A stretch of DNA of 49,845 nt from positions 1-49,845 of the forward strand of contig JBAZNT010000011.1 of the NCBI GenBank assembly GCA_041649115.1. Reading direction: 5' to 3'. Position 1 is the stretch's first letter. The number at the start of each line of letters is the position of its first letter. The position numbers and the translations under genes are program-made. Below, piece after piece: positions 49,748-49,845 of the stretch. The notes beneath the pieces are model-generated. The model did no database searches. It was not told where the DNA came from and saw only the letters and a program-made list of their open reading frames with translations. The stretch is from Candidatus Omnitrophota bacterium (lineage in GTDB: Bacteria; Omnitrophota; Gorgyraeia; Gygaellales; Profunditerraquicolaceae).

Positions 49748-49785
49748 GCCGCAAGGCTAGAGGATCTAGCTTAGCGGCTTTTTTT
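49748..49785 (+). terminator. Leader terminator downstream of the consensus promoter
   Basis: GCCGCAAGGCTAGA-GGA-TCTAGCTTAGCGGC (one mismatch) followed by T7. Confidence 0.8.
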
Positions 49786-49834
49786 GTTTCTGTCATTATT
49801 TACTATAATTCTAGAAGAAAGGAGGTTGTAAATA

Positions 49835-49845
49835 ATGGCAAGAGG
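49835..49845 (+). CDS. Start of an unidentified gene cut by the window edge
   Basis: AAAGGAGG SD then ATG GCA AGA at 49835. Confidence 0.6.

Noticed and set aside
1-49845. tRNA, rRNA, CRISPR arrays, transposases, selenocysteine read-through
   Set aside because: No T-loop/anticodon cloverleaf, rRNA-like segment, repeat-spacer array, transposase motif or in-frame TGA at a catalytic Cys position was seen; intergenic gaps are short.

Overview
A 49.8-kb chromosomal window from an anaerobic, outer-membrane-bearing bacterium. The gene style suggests Ca. Omnitrophota, which is an inference and not a database result. Nearly all genes are on the + strand. Contents in order: nitronate-monooxygenase/FabK-like flavoenzyme (5' partial), a hidden 49-codon Zn-finger ORF, a DEAD-box helicase, a secreted C-type-lectin-fold protein whose 3' end looks like a DGR variable region, a YvlD-like membrane protein, a sirtuin, amtB-glnK behind tandem terminators, a radical-SAM/HhH protein, a tripartite ABC efflux operon whose TolC is fused behind a winged-helix DNA-binding domain, AsmA plus MlaEFD/PqiC lipid transport, a CPA2-CBS antiporter, XRE, RadC, two lipoproteins, and an oxidative-stress cluster (ferritin-like, superoxide reductase, frameshifted desulforedoxin-like gene, degenerate ferredoxin). 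These are followed by an output-less Cache sensor, a type IIIA P-type H+-ATPase, a short pyruvate kinase, S2P, MscS, a trehalose locus (membrane sensor-HAMP-OtsA fusion, OtsB, DUF5752, TreT, OprB porin), a 12-gene group 4 [NiFe]-hydrogenase operon with three antiporter-like subunits, a GYD protein, a 4 x 23-bp palindromic array and a SIMPL protein. I saw no rRNA, tRNA, CRISPR array, integrase or transposase. The most notable candidates are the wHTH-signal peptide-TolC fusion with two matching palindromic operators, the putative remote DGR target, the hidden Zn-finger microprotein, the sensor-fused trehalose-6-P synthase and the GAAA-N3-TTTC array. All family calls come from motif recognition by eye; no searches were run.
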